From assembly GCA_044229845.1 (NCBI GenBank), contig JBGASG010000002.1:128001-192000 (forward strand): 64,000 bases of DNA, read 5' to 3'. Each line of letters starts with the position of its first letter. The first letter of the stretch is position 1. The stretch comes from Candidatus Obscuribacteraceae bacterium (GTDB lineage Bacteria > Cyanobacteriota > Vampirovibrionia > Obscuribacterales > Obscuribacteraceae). This document shows positions 12,443-22,836 of the stretch, one piece after another. Below the pieces are notes generated by a model. It was given only the letters and a program-made list of their open reading frames with translations. It searched no databases and was not told the origin of the DNA. The position numbers and the translations under genes were made by a program.

Positions 12443-13153
12443 ATGCACGTTGCAGCAGTAATTGTGGCTGCAGGCAGCGGCACCCGCTTTGGCGGCGATG
12501 GTCCGAAGCAGTTCATCGAACTTGGCGGCAAACCGGTTTTCTTATGGTCGGTTGACGTCTTCAGGCATCATCCGCATATCGAGCAGGTGGTTGTTTCGGC
12601 GCCACCAGATATGGTGCAGGAATTGCAGGCGTCGCTGGCAGTTGCACATTGCGAAGCTGGCGCAACCTGCCTGGTGGTAGGCGGCGGTACCACACGCCAG
12701 GAGTCGGTGTTTAACGGCTTGAGCGCGCTGGCACAGAGCAATCCGCCCCCGACCCACGTGATGGTGCACGATGCGGCCCGCCCGTTTGTTACCCGAGAGA
12801 TATTGGATCGGGTACTGGAACAGCTAGAGAAGACCGACGCATGTACGGTAGCTATCCCGGCATCAGATACGGTGAAACGTGTTGTCGACGGTAGCATTGT
12901 CGAAACGCTGAAGCGCGAGGAGTTGCACTTGATGCAAACGCCTCAGGCCGCCAGATTCGAATTACTTTATCGGGCGCACCAGGACGCGCGCGCCAAACAG
13001 GTTAATACCACGGACGATGCCGCCATTCTGGAAGCCGCGGGCATCCCTGTGCCGGTAGTCCTGGGTTCAAGATTTAATATCAAGATCACCGAAAAGGAAG
13101 ATCTGCTGCTGAGCCAGGCGATCGCCACCATCATAGGCGGGAGCCATTTGTGA
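12443..13153 (+). CDS. ispD: 2-C-methyl-D-erythritol 4-phosphate cytidylyltransferase
   Basis: AAGSGTRF, KQF, GGTTRQESV, VHDAARP, QTPQ, TDDA, NIKIT. Confidence 0.96.
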   Translation: MHVAAVIVAAGSGTRFGGDGPKQFIELGGKPVFLWSVDVFRHHPHIEQVVVSAPPDMVQELQASLAVAHCEAGATCLVVGGGTTRQESVFNGLSALAQSNPPPTHVMVHDAARPFVTREILDRVLEQLEKTDACTVAIPASDTVKRVVDGSIVETLKREELHLMQTPQAARFELLYRAHQDARAKQVNTTDDAAILEAAGIPVPVVLGSRFNIKITEKEDLLLSQAIATIIGGSHL

Positions 13154-13269
13154 TACCATACACGACACCAGATCGCGGACTCGTTGGTTAGACAAAGGCT
13201 ACTTGCCAATTGATCTGAATCAATTAGAATGAGGTCATGTAAAAGACACGTGTCGGAGAGCGGGTAACT

Positions 13270-13770
13270 ATGTCGCAAGAGTCGAAAGATCCTCCTAATG
13301 AGGATCGGGCACCATCCGCGGGGCGCAACGCGAAAGTCGGCGTTGATATTTATCCTGCACTGGTAGATCGGAAGTTCGCACCTATATCCACTCGGACGGA
13401 AAATCGTCTGGGCACACAGATTTCTATATTCGAACCGGCCTCGTTCGATGAAGCTGTGGATATCGTTGAGTGTCTGCGCACGCGCGCTGCCACCACTATC
13501 TGTCTCGATAAAATGCGCAAGATGGATGCGATTCGCCTGGTCGACTTCGTATCTGGTGCCGCCGCCGCCATCGACGGTGACTTCCACAAACTCACAGAAC
13601 AGGTTTTCGTGTTCTGCCCGAGCAACATCAAAATCGTCGCTACCGAAAAACCGACCGAGATGCGTTCAACCCCTGTCACACAAACGACTGGACCGAATCC
13701 GCTTGACTATCTGTTCGCCAACTTGAGTACGACTACCGCAACCACCCAGACTCCCTGGACCAAGCAGTAG
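13270..13770 (+). CDS. sepF: Cell division protein SepF
   Basis: EPASFDEA, RLVDFVSGAAAAIDG, VFVFCPSNI. Confidence 0.88.
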   Translation: MSQESKDPPNEDRAPSAGRNAKVGVDIYPALVDRKFAPISTRTENRLGTQISIFEPASFDEAVDIVECLRTRAATTICLDKMRKMDAIRLVDFVSGAAAAIDGDFHKLTEQVFVFCPSNIKIVATEKPTEMRSTPVTQTTGPNPLDYLFANLSTTTATTQTPWTKQ

Positions 13771-14185
13771 TTTCTCGTCGGCAGAAGTTTAGTAGCTCTC
13801 AGACCGAGCGGCAGTTGTTATGCACAGACGATCGTCTGAAATATCGCACTAGTCAAGCGCACTGCTGAGACGTCAGGCGCAGAAAAAGAGTTAAAGCAAT
13901 CGGCGCTGCCAGCCCCAATGGGGTCGTGCGCAGGCACCTTCACGGTTTTTTACACGACCTCAAAATCTGCGCTGCTATTATTAGGTCCACGAAGCACACA
14001 GCCGTTTTTTCAGACTGGGTGCTGTGTTTCCTCCTTACCTAATCCACCACAACTAGTACTTCGCCTTCATTTCGGTGGGGGCGAAGTTCTATTTTTGGGG
14101 TAGGAAGACCCCGATATTTGGGGCAATCAGGCGTGTATTCAATCAATATCACTGGATATCCCGAGTCGCATTCGAGCAGCATCCG

Positions 14186-14758
14186 ATGCATATCACCATC
14201 CTCGACCTGAAACCAGCCGGCGCCAAAACGCACGAAGAAGTCGCTCAACTCGTGTTGAACGGAATGTCCGCCGGCGCACCAACTGCGTGGCCGACGATCG
14301 AGGATGCGCGGGAAGAAGTCGCGGAGTCGTTCGAAGAAGATCGAATCAGCCTGGTGGCAATTGCTGACAACGGGCGCGTTGTCGGTTGGATCGGTGGCAT
14401 CTCGTGTTATGACGGCAACGTCTTCGAGTTGCATCCCCTGGTAGTCAAGGAAGATCACCGCAATAAGGGCATTGGAAAGAAACTGGTAGCGGCACTCGAG
14501 GAACGCGCGCGAGAAGCCGGCGCCTGCACGATGTTTTTGGGAACCGATGACGAAGTCGATCGCACCAGCCTTTTCGGACACGATTTGTATCCGGATCCGC
14601 TCGTCCACCTAAGCGCTTTGCAAAATCTGCGCGGGCACCCCCTCGGCTTTTACCAGAAGTGCGGTTACTCAGTGATCGGCGTTTTGCCGGATGCCAACGG
14701 ACCCGGCAAGCCAGATATCTTCATGGCGAAGCGCCTGGCAACTACTTCCGTTTCTTAG
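14186..14758 (+). CDS. GNAT acetyltransferase, AAC(6')-I-like
   Basis: [46 protein letters not shown]. Confidence 0.85.
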   Translation: MHITILDLKPAGAKTHEEVAQLVLNGMSAGAPTAWPTIEDAREEVAESFEEDRISLVAIADNGRVVGWIGGISCYDGNVFELHPLVVKEDHRNKGIGKKLVAALEERAREAGACTMFLGTDDEVDRTSLFGHDLYPDPLVHLSALQNLRGHPLGFYQKCGYSVIGVLPDANGPGKPDIFMAKRLATTSVS

Positions 14759-15947
14759 CAGCTGGTTTCTTAGCGGCTGGTTTTTTCGCAACCGGTTTCT
14801 TCGCGGCGGCTTTCTTCGCAACCGGTTTCTTCGCGGCGGCTTTCTTCGCAACCGGTTTCTTCGCGCCGGCTTTCTTAGCAGCTGGTTTCTTCGCGCCGGC
14901 TTTCTTAGCAGCTGGTTTCTTCGCGCCGGCTTTCTTAGCAACTGGTTTCTTCGCGCCGGCTTTCTTAGCAACTGGTTTCTTCGCAGCAGCTTTCTTAGCA
15001 ACTGGTTTCTTCGCAGCAGCTTTCTTAGCAACTGGTTTCTTCGCAGCAGCTTTCTTAGCAACTGGTTTCTTCGCAGCAGCTTTCTTCGCAACTGGTTTCT
15101 TTGCAGCAGCTTTCTTCGCAACTGGTTTCTTTGCGGCTGTTTTCTTAGCAGCTGGTTTCTTCGCGGCCGGTTTCTTCGCGGCCGGTTTCTTCGCAGCAGC
15201 TTTCTTCGCGGCTTTGCTCTTGGAAGCCTTGGCAGCAGCTTTCTTTGGAGCCGCCTTCTTCGCTGACGCCTTCTTCGCGCTCGCGGATTTCTTGGCTCCA
15301 GCTTTCTTGGCTTTGTGCTTGCCGGAACCGGAGGCCGGCTTCTTCGCGGCTCCAGTTTCCTTGCGGGCCGTTGCTTTGCGTCCGGTGCCGGCACGTTTGG
15401 TTGGTGTTTTGCGCGTGCGCTTCGGCTTCCCGGCTTCGCTCTCAGAGACTTCTGCGCTCTCGGTCGCGCTGATGATGATGGTTTCCGCCTCTTCATCATC
15501 TTCGGTAGCCGGCACCGCTATGGCATCAACCACTTCTTCGATGATGATGATTTCTTCGTCGTCATCGTCGTCGTGCTCGATCTCGCTGGCTACTTCCTGG
15601 TGAACCGGAGCGGGCGGCGGTGGCGTTTCTTCTTCGGGCGTGACGTATTCCGGAATCACCTCTTCCGGAACCACTGCATCCGGAACCACTTCTTCTGCGG
15701 TCACCTGCTGGCGATCAGCATATTGGTCTTCGCGCTCCTGGTCTTGGCGTTCTTCATCTTCTCGCTCTTCGTCATCATCTTGTTCGTCCTGATCTTCATC
15801 GTCATAAGAAGATGTGCGAGTGGACGTATTCGAAGTGTCATCGTCTTCTTGATCTTCTTCTTCGTCGTCGCCCCAGTCCTGGTCGTCATATTCGCCCCAA
15901 CCGCTGGCCGGTTGCTGGGGTGACTTGCGGATATATTCGTCGACCAT
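14742..15947 (-). CDS. Histone H1-like protein with Asp/Glu-rich N-terminus and AAKKP/AKKA repeat C-terminus
   Basis: Acidic N-half, Lys/Ala/Pro-rich C-half; start taken at MVDEYIRK. Confidence 0.8.
   Translation of the reverse strand: MVDEYIRKSPQQPASGWGEYDDQDWGDDEEEDQEDDDTSNTSTRTSSYDDEDQDEQDDDEEREDEERQDQEREDQYADRQQVTAEEVVPDAVVPEEVIPEYVTPEEETPPPPAPVHQEVASEIEHDDDDDEEIIIIEEVVDAIAVPATEDDEEAETIIISATESAEVSESEAGKPKRTRKTPTKRAGTGRKATARKETGAAKKPASGSGKHKAKKAGAKKSASAKKASAKKAAPKKAAAKASKSKAAKKAAAKKPAAKKPAAKKPAAKKTAAKKPVAKKAAAKKPVAKKAAAKKPVAKKAAAKKPVAKKAAAKKPVAKKAAAKKPVAKKAGAKKPVAKKAGAKKPAAKKAGAKKPAAKKAGAKKPVAKKAAAKKPVAKKAAAKKPVAKKPAAKKPAAKKRK
14748..15210 (-). repeat. Coding 15/30-bp tandem repeat ([10 protein letters not shown])
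   Basis: Periodic ACTGGTTTCTTCGCAGCAGCTTTCTTAGCA-type units. Confidence 0.95.
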
Positions 15948-16157
15948 AATGTCCTTCCTTAGAATTTCGTGAACTGGACGCGCCGGACGGGATACCTGGG
16001 TCCTTACTATTGAAGTTTGAAATGGAAAAAAGATCAAGTGGTTGGCCGATACCGCAGGTGGTGCACGGAATCAGCCCGCGATAGCCAAAACCCGCTACAG
16101 CGGCACAAAAAGAGGCGCTCCCCGCAAGGGGAGCGTCTCATGCCACCTTATATTTTT

Positions 16158-16400
16158 TCAGCGACCTGCAGGTGGCTTGGTCGTGTACTCGGCGCCTGTA
16201 CCAGTTACCAGTGGCGTGTCGGCATTGAGTGTGCGTGTTTCACTGGGATTAATTCCCCACATCGCTATAGTGAAGAGCAGCAGCGTGATGGCGGACAGGA
16301 GTGCGATTTTGGCGATGTCTCGGCGGTCTGATTGGATCGCTTGTTCGAGATATTGCAATCTCATCCTCTCTGTATCGTGCCTGTAAACGCTGGATGCCAT
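16158..16400 (-). CDS. Small single-pass membrane protein
   Basis: ATG with GAGG upstream; hydrophobic IALLSAITLLLFTIAMWGI. Confidence 0.6.
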   Translation of the reverse strand: MASSVYRHDTERMRLQYLEQAIQSDRRDIAKIALLSAITLLLFTIAMWGINPSETRTLNADTPLVTGTGAEYTTKPPAGR

Positions 16401-16697
16401 TCTTTTTGCCTCTTGCGCTCCGGTCAGGTTCCCCCTCCCGAGTACACGCATTGACGAATGGGCTCGACGCGGGTTCCCGCCCCTGCAAAATCCCCAGAAC
16501 TGGCAACTGGTAAAGGTTTACAACACTAACAGTGCCAACCTGGAACCGGACGAAGCAGCCCTTGGCAGGCATACATTCTCTGAACTGTCCCGAACCGGCT
16601 CATCCGCTCCACGCGATTCGCTAATCTCAAATTAGCGAGCACCACGCGATGCTCGCACCACAGTTAACGGATCAGCTACAACGCAACGGAGAAGACT

Positions 16698-17372
16698 ATG
16701 AGAGCCCAGTTGACAGATCGCAAGACAGGACTGGTTTACGCGTTCTGGAGCACTATAAATAGGATCGCCATCGCCCTGCACTTCCGCAAGGTAGATGTAG
16801 AAGGGCGCGAATTTCTTCCTGCTGGCGGTCCATTTTTGCTTATCAGCAACCACACCTCGCGCTGGGACGGGCTGCTGGCTTATCACCTGATTAACAGACC
16901 GGCTAATTTCATGGTTTCGCCCAACGAACTGCTGGGTCTGCAAGGTCACGTGCTGGGCTCAATGGGTAGTTTTCCTGCCAATCCGCGCTTCGATCTGGTT
17001 GCGCACATGCAGCGACAGGTGAAGAAAGGCGAACCGATCGTCATCTTTCCCGAAGGCGACACTTATCGCGACGGAGCCACACACCGCTTCAAAAACGGCG
17101 CCGCCCGCTTTGCATTGTCAAGTATCGCCCAGGGGTTGGAGTTTCCCGTGATACCGATGGCGGTGCGTTACTCGGAAGACGGACGGCAAGTTTCGATCAA
17201 ACTGTCCGCGCCCATCGACATCAAGCAGTACGCAGGCACTCATCAGCTGGAAGCCATTCAGGCGTTGACGGCTCGCATGCAGCGCGAGGTTTCATACCTG
17301 AAGTACGAACTCGGGCATCAAGAAGATGTGGCAGTGCTGTTCGCCGGCGATCCGCCGAAATGGGCTGCGTGA
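16698..17372 (+). CDS. PlsC-family lysophospholipid acyltransferase
   Basis: NHTSRWD (HX4D) and IFPEG motifs. Confidence 0.9.
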   Translation: MRAQLTDRKTGLVYAFWSTINRIAIALHFRKVDVEGREFLPAGGPFLLISNHTSRWDGLLAYHLINRPANFMVSPNELLGLQGHVLGSMGSFPANPRFDLVAHMQRQVKKGEPIVIFPEGDTYRDGATHRFKNGAARFALSSIAQGLEFPVIPMAVRYSEDGRQVSIKLSAPIDIKQYAGTHQLEAIQALTARMQREVSYLKYELGHQEDVAVLFAGDPPKWAA

Positions 17373-17425
17373 CAGTACCCCATGAGCTATGATTCTGGCT
17401 TTCAATTGAGGCGCGGAATCCGGGT

Positions 17426-17974
17426 ATGACTCAAGCCGAGGATCTGATCAAGCAACTGAATCTGGCACCTCACCCGGAGGGCGGCTTCTACCGCGAGACC
17501 TATCGCTGCCGATTGACGTTGCCTCAAGCCGCGCTTCCGGCGGTGTACTCCGGAACTCGCTCGGCATCGACGAGCATCTATTATTTGCTCACACCCGGAA
17601 CCTTCTCCTGCATGCACAGGATCGTCACAGATGAAGTGTTTCATTTCTACGCCGGCGATCCGGTGGAGATGCTGCAGTTGTCTGAGTCGCCCAGTGCGGT
17701 TCCCGACGGCATGATATTGCTGGGCAATCAAGTAGGTAAGGGACAAATACCCCAGCATGTGGTGCCCGCCGGTGTGTGGCAGGGCTGCCGCATTGCGCCG
17801 GGCGCGGGCAGCGCCGCCGAGTCTTGCGGCAGCATTCAGTCCGGCTTCGCGTTATTGGGTTGCACGGTGGCACCGGGATTTGATTTCGCCGATTACACCG
17901 AAGGCACTCGGGAATCACTAACCGCACAGTTTCCTCAGTTCGCAGAATTGATCGCTGCTTTGACGAAACGCTGA
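17426..17974 (+). CDS. Cupin_5 (DUF985) family protein
   Basis: LAPHPEGGFYRET, TSIYYLL, EVFHFYAG, CTVAPGFDF. Confidence 0.92.
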   Translation: MTQAEDLIKQLNLAPHPEGGFYRETYRCRLTLPQAALPAVYSGTRSASTSIYYLLTPGTFSCMHRIVTDEVFHFYAGDPVEMLQLSESPSAVPDGMILLGNQVGKGQIPQHVVPAGVWQGCRIAPGAGSAAESCGSIQSGFALLGCTVAPGFDFADYTEGTRESLTAQFPQFAELIAALTKR

Positions 17975-18013
17975 AGGCGCGCGCCTGATGCCGCGCCAGA
18001 CCAGGTGGCGCAC

Positions 18014-19585
18014 TCAGAGTGGGTGGCAGACGACGTTCACTGAGAACGTTGTTTTGCGGTGAATTTTCATGGTGCCCAGACAGCCATCATATCCGGTGCC
18101 CGGGGTCCAGTCATGCCAGCCCTGCACGAAACTGAGACTGACAGCCGGATTGGGTTCGCAGGAGCAGTACGGATCGGGAATGGCAGCAGCACTGGTGACT
18201 TCGTTGGGAGCCATGCTCATATACTCCTTGGTGATGCCGTCTTTTTCACTGCCGTCAGCTTGCGCGCTCTTGTTGAGCCAGAGAGCCGCCGAGCCGACGA
18301 TGGCGGTTTCGGGAGTGGCGATCAACATGCTGCCGGGTCCATTTGATGGATAGATGTAATAGGTGTCTTGTCCCGGAATGAACGGGCAGGCGGCCAGCGC
18401 GCCCAGCATTTCACCCATGCTGCAGTCATGCTTGAGTTCGCGACAGCGTTGCAAGAGGCGGTCTTTGCTAGGTCCCCAGTTGCCGGGCACGAGCGGATTG
18501 AACATGACGTTGGCGAGGGTGCCGACATATTCGTTGCCCACACTGGCATTGACAGTCAGCGTGCCGGTACCGACTTCCGGTATGAAGATCTGCGTGTCCG
18601 TACCCGGGCGATTGTCATAGCTGCCCTTGCGGCTCGGAATCCCGTTGATGACATACTGAATGTCGTTGCCGGGGAAATTGACACGGATGAAACCGCGCAT
18701 CTCTGCGTCATAGTATTTTTGCGGATTGGGTTGTACGAAAGCGAGCGCCTGGTGGGCGAGCGATTCCTGCTTGAGCGACTTACTGTCTACCGAATAGCCG
18801 TTAGGCACCGGCTTGTTCCAGTTGATCGCTTTGACATCCTTCTTGTTTTCGCTGAAGTACGAACCGGCGATTAGGTGGGTGCGTTCCTTCACTTTGAAGG
18901 GCACGAACGCGAACGTGTGGTCGCCGACTTCGAATGTCTGGTAGCCCGGAACGTAGTCGAGTCCCTCGGCCTTCGTTTGCGGAACCGTGACGCCTGACGG
19001 CAACTGACCGGACGTAATCATGATGTTGCTCTCGGCGCCGCGGTCGACGAGCGATGTCGTCCAGTTGCCGGGGTCATGCGCTTTCAGTTCGCTATCCTTC
19101 CCGATCATGCGGACGGAGTTGCGCTCGGCTACTTCGTTGAAAAATGGATACAGATTGGTTGGCGTGTTGAGCTTGTCGGACAGGCGATCAGACATGCCCT
19201 GAGCGGCGTTATAGATTGAATCGGCGTGCGAATTGGCGGTACCAGTATCGGTGCCTTCACTTTTCATGGCCTGATAATTTGCCGAGACCAGCATCGACTT
19301 CGCCCAGACGCGGTTGATGTTGCCGATGCCGAATTCGCCGTTCTTGTCCTGGAGTTCGTTAAACTGTTCTTCTGCGGTGCCGGTCTGCGCCTTCTCTTTG
19401 ACGCGCACCATCATTTGCTTGCCGACGTTGAGCGCCCCGGAATCGGTGGCGTTGCGCACTTCCCGTGAACCGCCCATATACATGGTCAGAACGAACAACC
19501 CGACAATGATCATGACGAGCACCAGGGCGCAGACTATAACCAGTCCAAGCACGGCGCCGCGTTTCTTTCTGCCTCGGTTGGTCAT
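18014..19585 (-). CDS. TadG-like pilus-associated protein
   Basis: Basic N-terminus KKRG followed by a hydrophobic helix and NATDSGAL; adjacent to pilin-like genes. Confidence 0.6.
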   Translation of the reverse strand: MTNRGRKKRGAVLGLVIVCALVLVMIIVGLFVLTMYMGGSREVRNATDSGALNVGKQMMVRVKEKAQTGTAEEQFNELQDKNGEFGIGNINRVWAKSMLVSANYQAMKSEGTDTGTANSHADSIYNAAQGMSDRLSDKLNTPTNLYPFFNEVAERNSVRMIGKDSELKAHDPGNWTTSLVDRGAESNIMITSGQLPSGVTVPQTKAEGLDYVPGYQTFEVGDHTFAFVPFKVKERTHLIAGSYFSENKKDVKAINWNKPVPNGYSVDSKSLKQESLAHQALAFVQPNPQKYYDAEMRGFIRVNFPGNDIQYVINGIPSRKGSYDNRPGTDTQIFIPEVGTGTLTVNASVGNEYVGTLANVMFNPLVPGNWGPSKDRLLQRCRELKHDCSMGEMLGALAACPFIPGQDTYYIYPSNGPGSMLIATPETAIVGSAALWLNKSAQADGSEKDGITKEYMSMAPNEVTSAAAIPDPYCSCEPNPAVSLSFVQGWHDWTPGTGYDGCLGTMKIHRKTTFSVNVVCHPL

Positions 19586-19763
19586 TGCTGCATTTGCTCC
19601 AGGTGTATGACAAACTCCAATATAGTCTACTGACACTGAGTCGCGGATAAATAGGCGGTTTCGGAAGATTTGAAATATGTCACATGCGCAACGGCGCGCG
19701 GCTTTTGGGCATGTTGATATTGTCGCGCATCGGGAACGGTGTGGCAGCCGCAGGTACGCCTAA

Positions 19764-19797
19764 AGAAGGGAAGTGCCCGGCGGGGTAAGCCGGGCAC
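19764..19797 (-). terminator. Intrinsic terminator after pilin copy 1 (paralogous hairpin near 20491-20522)
   Basis: GTGCCCGGC...GCCGGGCAC hairpin followed by a pyrimidine/U tract on the minus strand. Confidence 0.65.
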
Positions 19798-19833
19798 CGC
19801 AGATGGTGCTTCGTTGTCTCGGGTTAAACTCGG

Positions 19834-20229
19834 TTAAATGTCGGCAGGAGCGGCAACGACGGGCTCGATGGCTCTGGCGACCAGGGTGGTTTCGGTCCAG
19901 CCGGGCATCGGCGCCGGGAATTTGACGACCATCTTGGTCTGCACGGTGACTTCGTTGTTGTAATCGAAGGCGGTCATTTCTACGCTCGGGATGATGTTCG
20001 ATTTGCCCATGCCGTGGACGGTTTTGTCGGCGGCGGCTTTGGCGGTGTTGACTTGTTCTTGGTTGGCAGCGGCGCGGGCTGCGTCTTTGGCGAGGTGGTC
20101 GTTGATGGAGTTGCTCATCACGATGGTGGAAAGATTGACTGCGGCAAGCGCGATCGGAACGATAAAGATGCCGCCTACCATGCATTCGATAAAGCTGGTT
20201 CCTTTGCGGCTTCTGTTTCTGGTTTTCAT
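19834..20229 (-). CDS. TadE/Flp-like pilin, copy 1
   Basis: RKG/TSFIE prepilin-type motif, hydrophobic helix, AARAAA. Confidence 0.75.
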   Translation of the reverse strand: MKTRNRSRKGTSFIECMVGGIFIVPIALAAVNLSTIVMSNSINDHLAKDAARAAANQEQVNTAKAAADKTVHGMGKSNIIPSVEMTAFDYNNEVTVQTKMVVKFPAPMPGWTETTLVARAIEPVVAAPADI

Positions 20230-20556
20230 AATTTCCCCCGGCGTCTCGCCGTCTCATCTGCTTCTGAAGGATTAACGGGCGACTGCCGGGATTTAGGGGA
20301 GGCGCAAGATTTGACGCAGCTAATCTGCCCCCCTTGCATACAAGCGGGGTCGCCGATTTGCGAAGCGTGGAGGTGCTGCTTCCTCTCTTAGGGCAAATCA
20401 ACACTTCTGTTGATTTCAAGAGGTTGCAGTTTTCGGGGCTCGCTTGAGCGGCGTGCGGATTGGCAGCCTTTCGTGAAAAATCGACGCTGCAAAAAGAAGT
20501 GCCCGGCGGGGGAGCCGGGCACCGCAGATGGTGCTTGGGTTGTTCAGGGTTAAAAC

Positions 20557-20952
20557 TTAGATGTCGGCAGGAGCGGCGACGACGGGCTCGATGGCTCTGG
20601 CGACCAGGGTGGCTTCGGTCCAGCCCGGAAGCGGAGCTGGGAATTTGACGACCATCTTGGTTTGGACGGTTACTTCGTTGTTGTAATCGAAGGAGGTCAT
20701 TTCGACGCTCGGGATGATGTTCGATTTGCCCATGCCGTGCACGGTTTTGTCGGCGGCGGCTTTGGCGGTGTTGAGTTGCTCCTGGTTGGCAGCGGCGCGG
20801 GCTGCGTCTTTGGCGAGATGGTCGTTGATGGAGTTGCTCATCACGATGGTGGAAAGATTGACTGCGGCAAGCGCGATTGGAACGATAAAGATGCCGCCTA
20901 CCATGCACTCGATAAGGCTGGTTCCTTTGCGGCTTCTGTTTCTGGATTTCAT
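20557..20952 (-). CDS. TadE/Flp-like pilin, copy 2 (near-identical paralogue)
   Basis: RKG/TSLIE motif; only a few residue differences from 19834-20229. Confidence 0.75.
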   Translation of the reverse strand: MKSRNRSRKGTSLIECMVGGIFIVPIALAAVNLSTIVMSNSINDHLAKDAARAAANQEQLNTAKAAADKTVHGMGKSNIIPSVEMTSFDYNNEVTVQTKMVVKFPAPLPGWTEATLVARAIEPVVAAPADI

Positions 20953-21203
20953 ATTTCCCCCCGGCGGATTCGCCGTTTCATCTGCGTCTGGGGAGTTAAC
21001 GGACCGCCCCGGAGATTTAGGGGAGCCGCAAGATTTAACGCCATTAATCTTTTCGAGGCTTTTTAGACATGTGCCAGTTTTGGCACATGTCAGGCAAAAT
21101 CTGTGCTCGGTTGGTAACTTGTGGGCAGAAAACCCATCGCCAAAAATTCCATCCGCTTGAGGTAGTGAAACAGGCGGTCTGTCCTCATGGTCACGAGCGA
21201 ATC

Positions 21204-22253
21204 CTAAAAGGCGCGCGCAGTGAGGCTTTCGGGATGGAGCGAAACATAATTGTGATTTTCAGGCGCGTCCGCGGCTGACTCCTCCAAGAGGTTTAACAAA
21301 TTCCTTTCTATCGTCTGGCAAATATCGTCTAGCGGCAGATGGCTTAAATGCCGGGTATCGAAGGGATTTTGAAGTTCAACCCCAAGCTGATCCAGAGAAA
21401 AAAGTGGATATGCCACCAGCATCGTTATGAGTGGCACGAAGTAAACATTCTCGAGCGAATGCAAAAGAGCCAGAGGTAGAGTGAGGATGAACGAAGCAAT
21501 AAAGCGCCGAATTTTGATTGAATAGGCCAAAGCTAACGGAGTCTTCAAAATTCGCTCGCAGGCGCCAATATGGTCGATTAGTTGCGCTCGCTCACGATCA
21601 GCTTGTAACCAAAAGAAGCGATCCATTCCGTGGACCTCGCATGCTTGTCTAAGCAACAGTCCTAACTCATAGGCGACGGCACTAGGTACATGTTGCTTTG
21701 CAATCAATTCCTGAGCGTGCCGTGTTCCAATCAGTGTGTCCAATGAAGCGCTTGTTTTCTGATTTCGCAAACTTATGCGAGCAGCATGCGGAAATGCAGC
21801 AATCAAGCGAACAAAGTTCTCGCGCCAGATGTCATCTTTAGGCCCATACGCCAGTGCGAGTATGGCTAGGTTCCGACACTGATTTACCAGTCCACCCCAA
21901 AGTTTCCTCGCTTCCCACCATCGGTCATAGCCAGCGTTAGTCCGCAGTACTAGAACCAAGCCAAGGGCAGCGCCGACGTACTCATAGGGAGCCAATGGCA
22001 GTGTCAGTGTGATGCCGAAGCTTACTTTCGAAAAAACGAAAGCGGCAGTTAGCAAACTGGCGAAAAATCCAGCAAAAAGCACGTTCGGCAAAACATGCGG
22101 AGTGATCGAGCCTTGGATGGCAAAGGCCTCACGCCAAAAGACTTGCCATTTAGAGTAGTTAGAGGACTCCGCAGAGCGAATGTCTTGACTGCTCGATACC
22201 TGAAACACTTGATTGCTCCCCAATTTGGATGAACTGCCCGATTTCAACGTCAT
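21204..22253 (-). CDS. Bestrophin-family anion channel (start uncertain)
   Basis: RTNAGYDRWWEARKLWG, GACERILKTP, ELQNPF. Confidence 0.9.
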   Translation of the reverse strand: MTLKSGSSSKLGSNQVFQVSSSQDIRSAESSNYSKWQVFWREAFAIQGSITPHVLPNVLFAGFFASLLTAAFVFSKVSFGITLTLPLAPYEYVGAALGLVLVLRTNAGYDRWWEARKLWGGLVNQCRNLAILALAYGPKDDIWRENFVRLIAAFPHAARISLRNQKTSASLDTLIGTRHAQELIAKQHVPSAVAYELGLLLRQACEVHGMDRFFWLQADRERAQLIDHIGACERILKTPLALAYSIKIRRFIASFILTLPLALLHSLENVYFVPLITMLVAYPLFSLDQLGVELQNPFDTRHLSHLPLDDICQTIERNLLNLLEESAADAPENHNYVSLHPESLTARAF

Positions 22254-22836
22254 AACTAAACACTTGCCCCGTCTCGATTTTGTACGTCCACGCATGCAAG
22301 CTGAGCTCGCCCCGAGCCACTCTTGCTGCTACAGACGGATGCGTTTTCAAGTTCTCAAGTTGAACCAAAACATTTTCTTGAATCGCGATGTTCAATAGTT
22401 GCTCCCTGGATATACTCTCGGAGCCGTAGTTCTCGTGCATAATCCGCCGAGTCGCTGATGCATGACCTAACCAGGCATCTACCGTTGGCAGTTCCGCAAG
22501 TTGACTTGGATCGAGCAACGCTTTCACTGCACCACAATGGGAGTGCCCGCAAACGATGATGTCTTTGACGCCGAGAGCAGCTACAGCAAATTCAATTGTG
22601 GCTCCTTCTCCCCCATTTGAAGCTCCATACGGAGGAATGATATTGCCCGCATTTCGCAGGACAAAAATGTCCCCTGGACGCGTTTGCGTAATGAGATTCG
22701 GATTGATGCGCGAATCGGAGCAAGTTATGAACAATGCCTCTGGACTTTGACCTTCTGCAAGGCGTGTAAACAGCTCTTGCTCAGACTGAAATACATTCGT
22801 CTGAAAATGATGCAATCCTGAGATGAGCTTATGCAT
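22159..22836 (-). CDS. Beta-class carbonic anhydrase
   Basis: CSDSR, RNAGN, CGHSHCGA. Confidence 0.95.
   Translation of the reverse strand: MHKLISGLHHFQTNVFQSEQELFTRLAEGQSPEALFITCSDSRINPNLITQTRPGDIFVLRNAGNIIPPYGASNGGEGATIEFAVAALGVKDIIVCGHSHCGAVKALLDPSQLAELPTVDAWLGHASATRRIMHENYGSESISREQLLNIAIQENVLVQLENLKTHPSVAARVARGELSLHAWTYKIETGQVFSYDVEIGQFIQIGEQSSVSGIEQSRHSLCGVL

Noticed and set aside
13780..14040. Possible riboswitch or ribozyme in the sepF-GNAT intergenic region
   Set aside because: Only partial word matches (CTGCTGAG...GAAA); no supportable fold
14659..15603. Plus-strand [16 protein letters not shown] ORF and other frames
   Set aside because: Shadow frames of the Lys/Ala-rich histone-like gene
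16401..16620. Possible leader RNA upstream of the small membrane protein
   Set aside because: No recognisable conserved motif
21024..21044. Sigma54-like TGGCGT...TTGC upstream of pilin copy 2
   Set aside because: GG-GC spacing is one nt too long, and GG is absent in the paralogous copy
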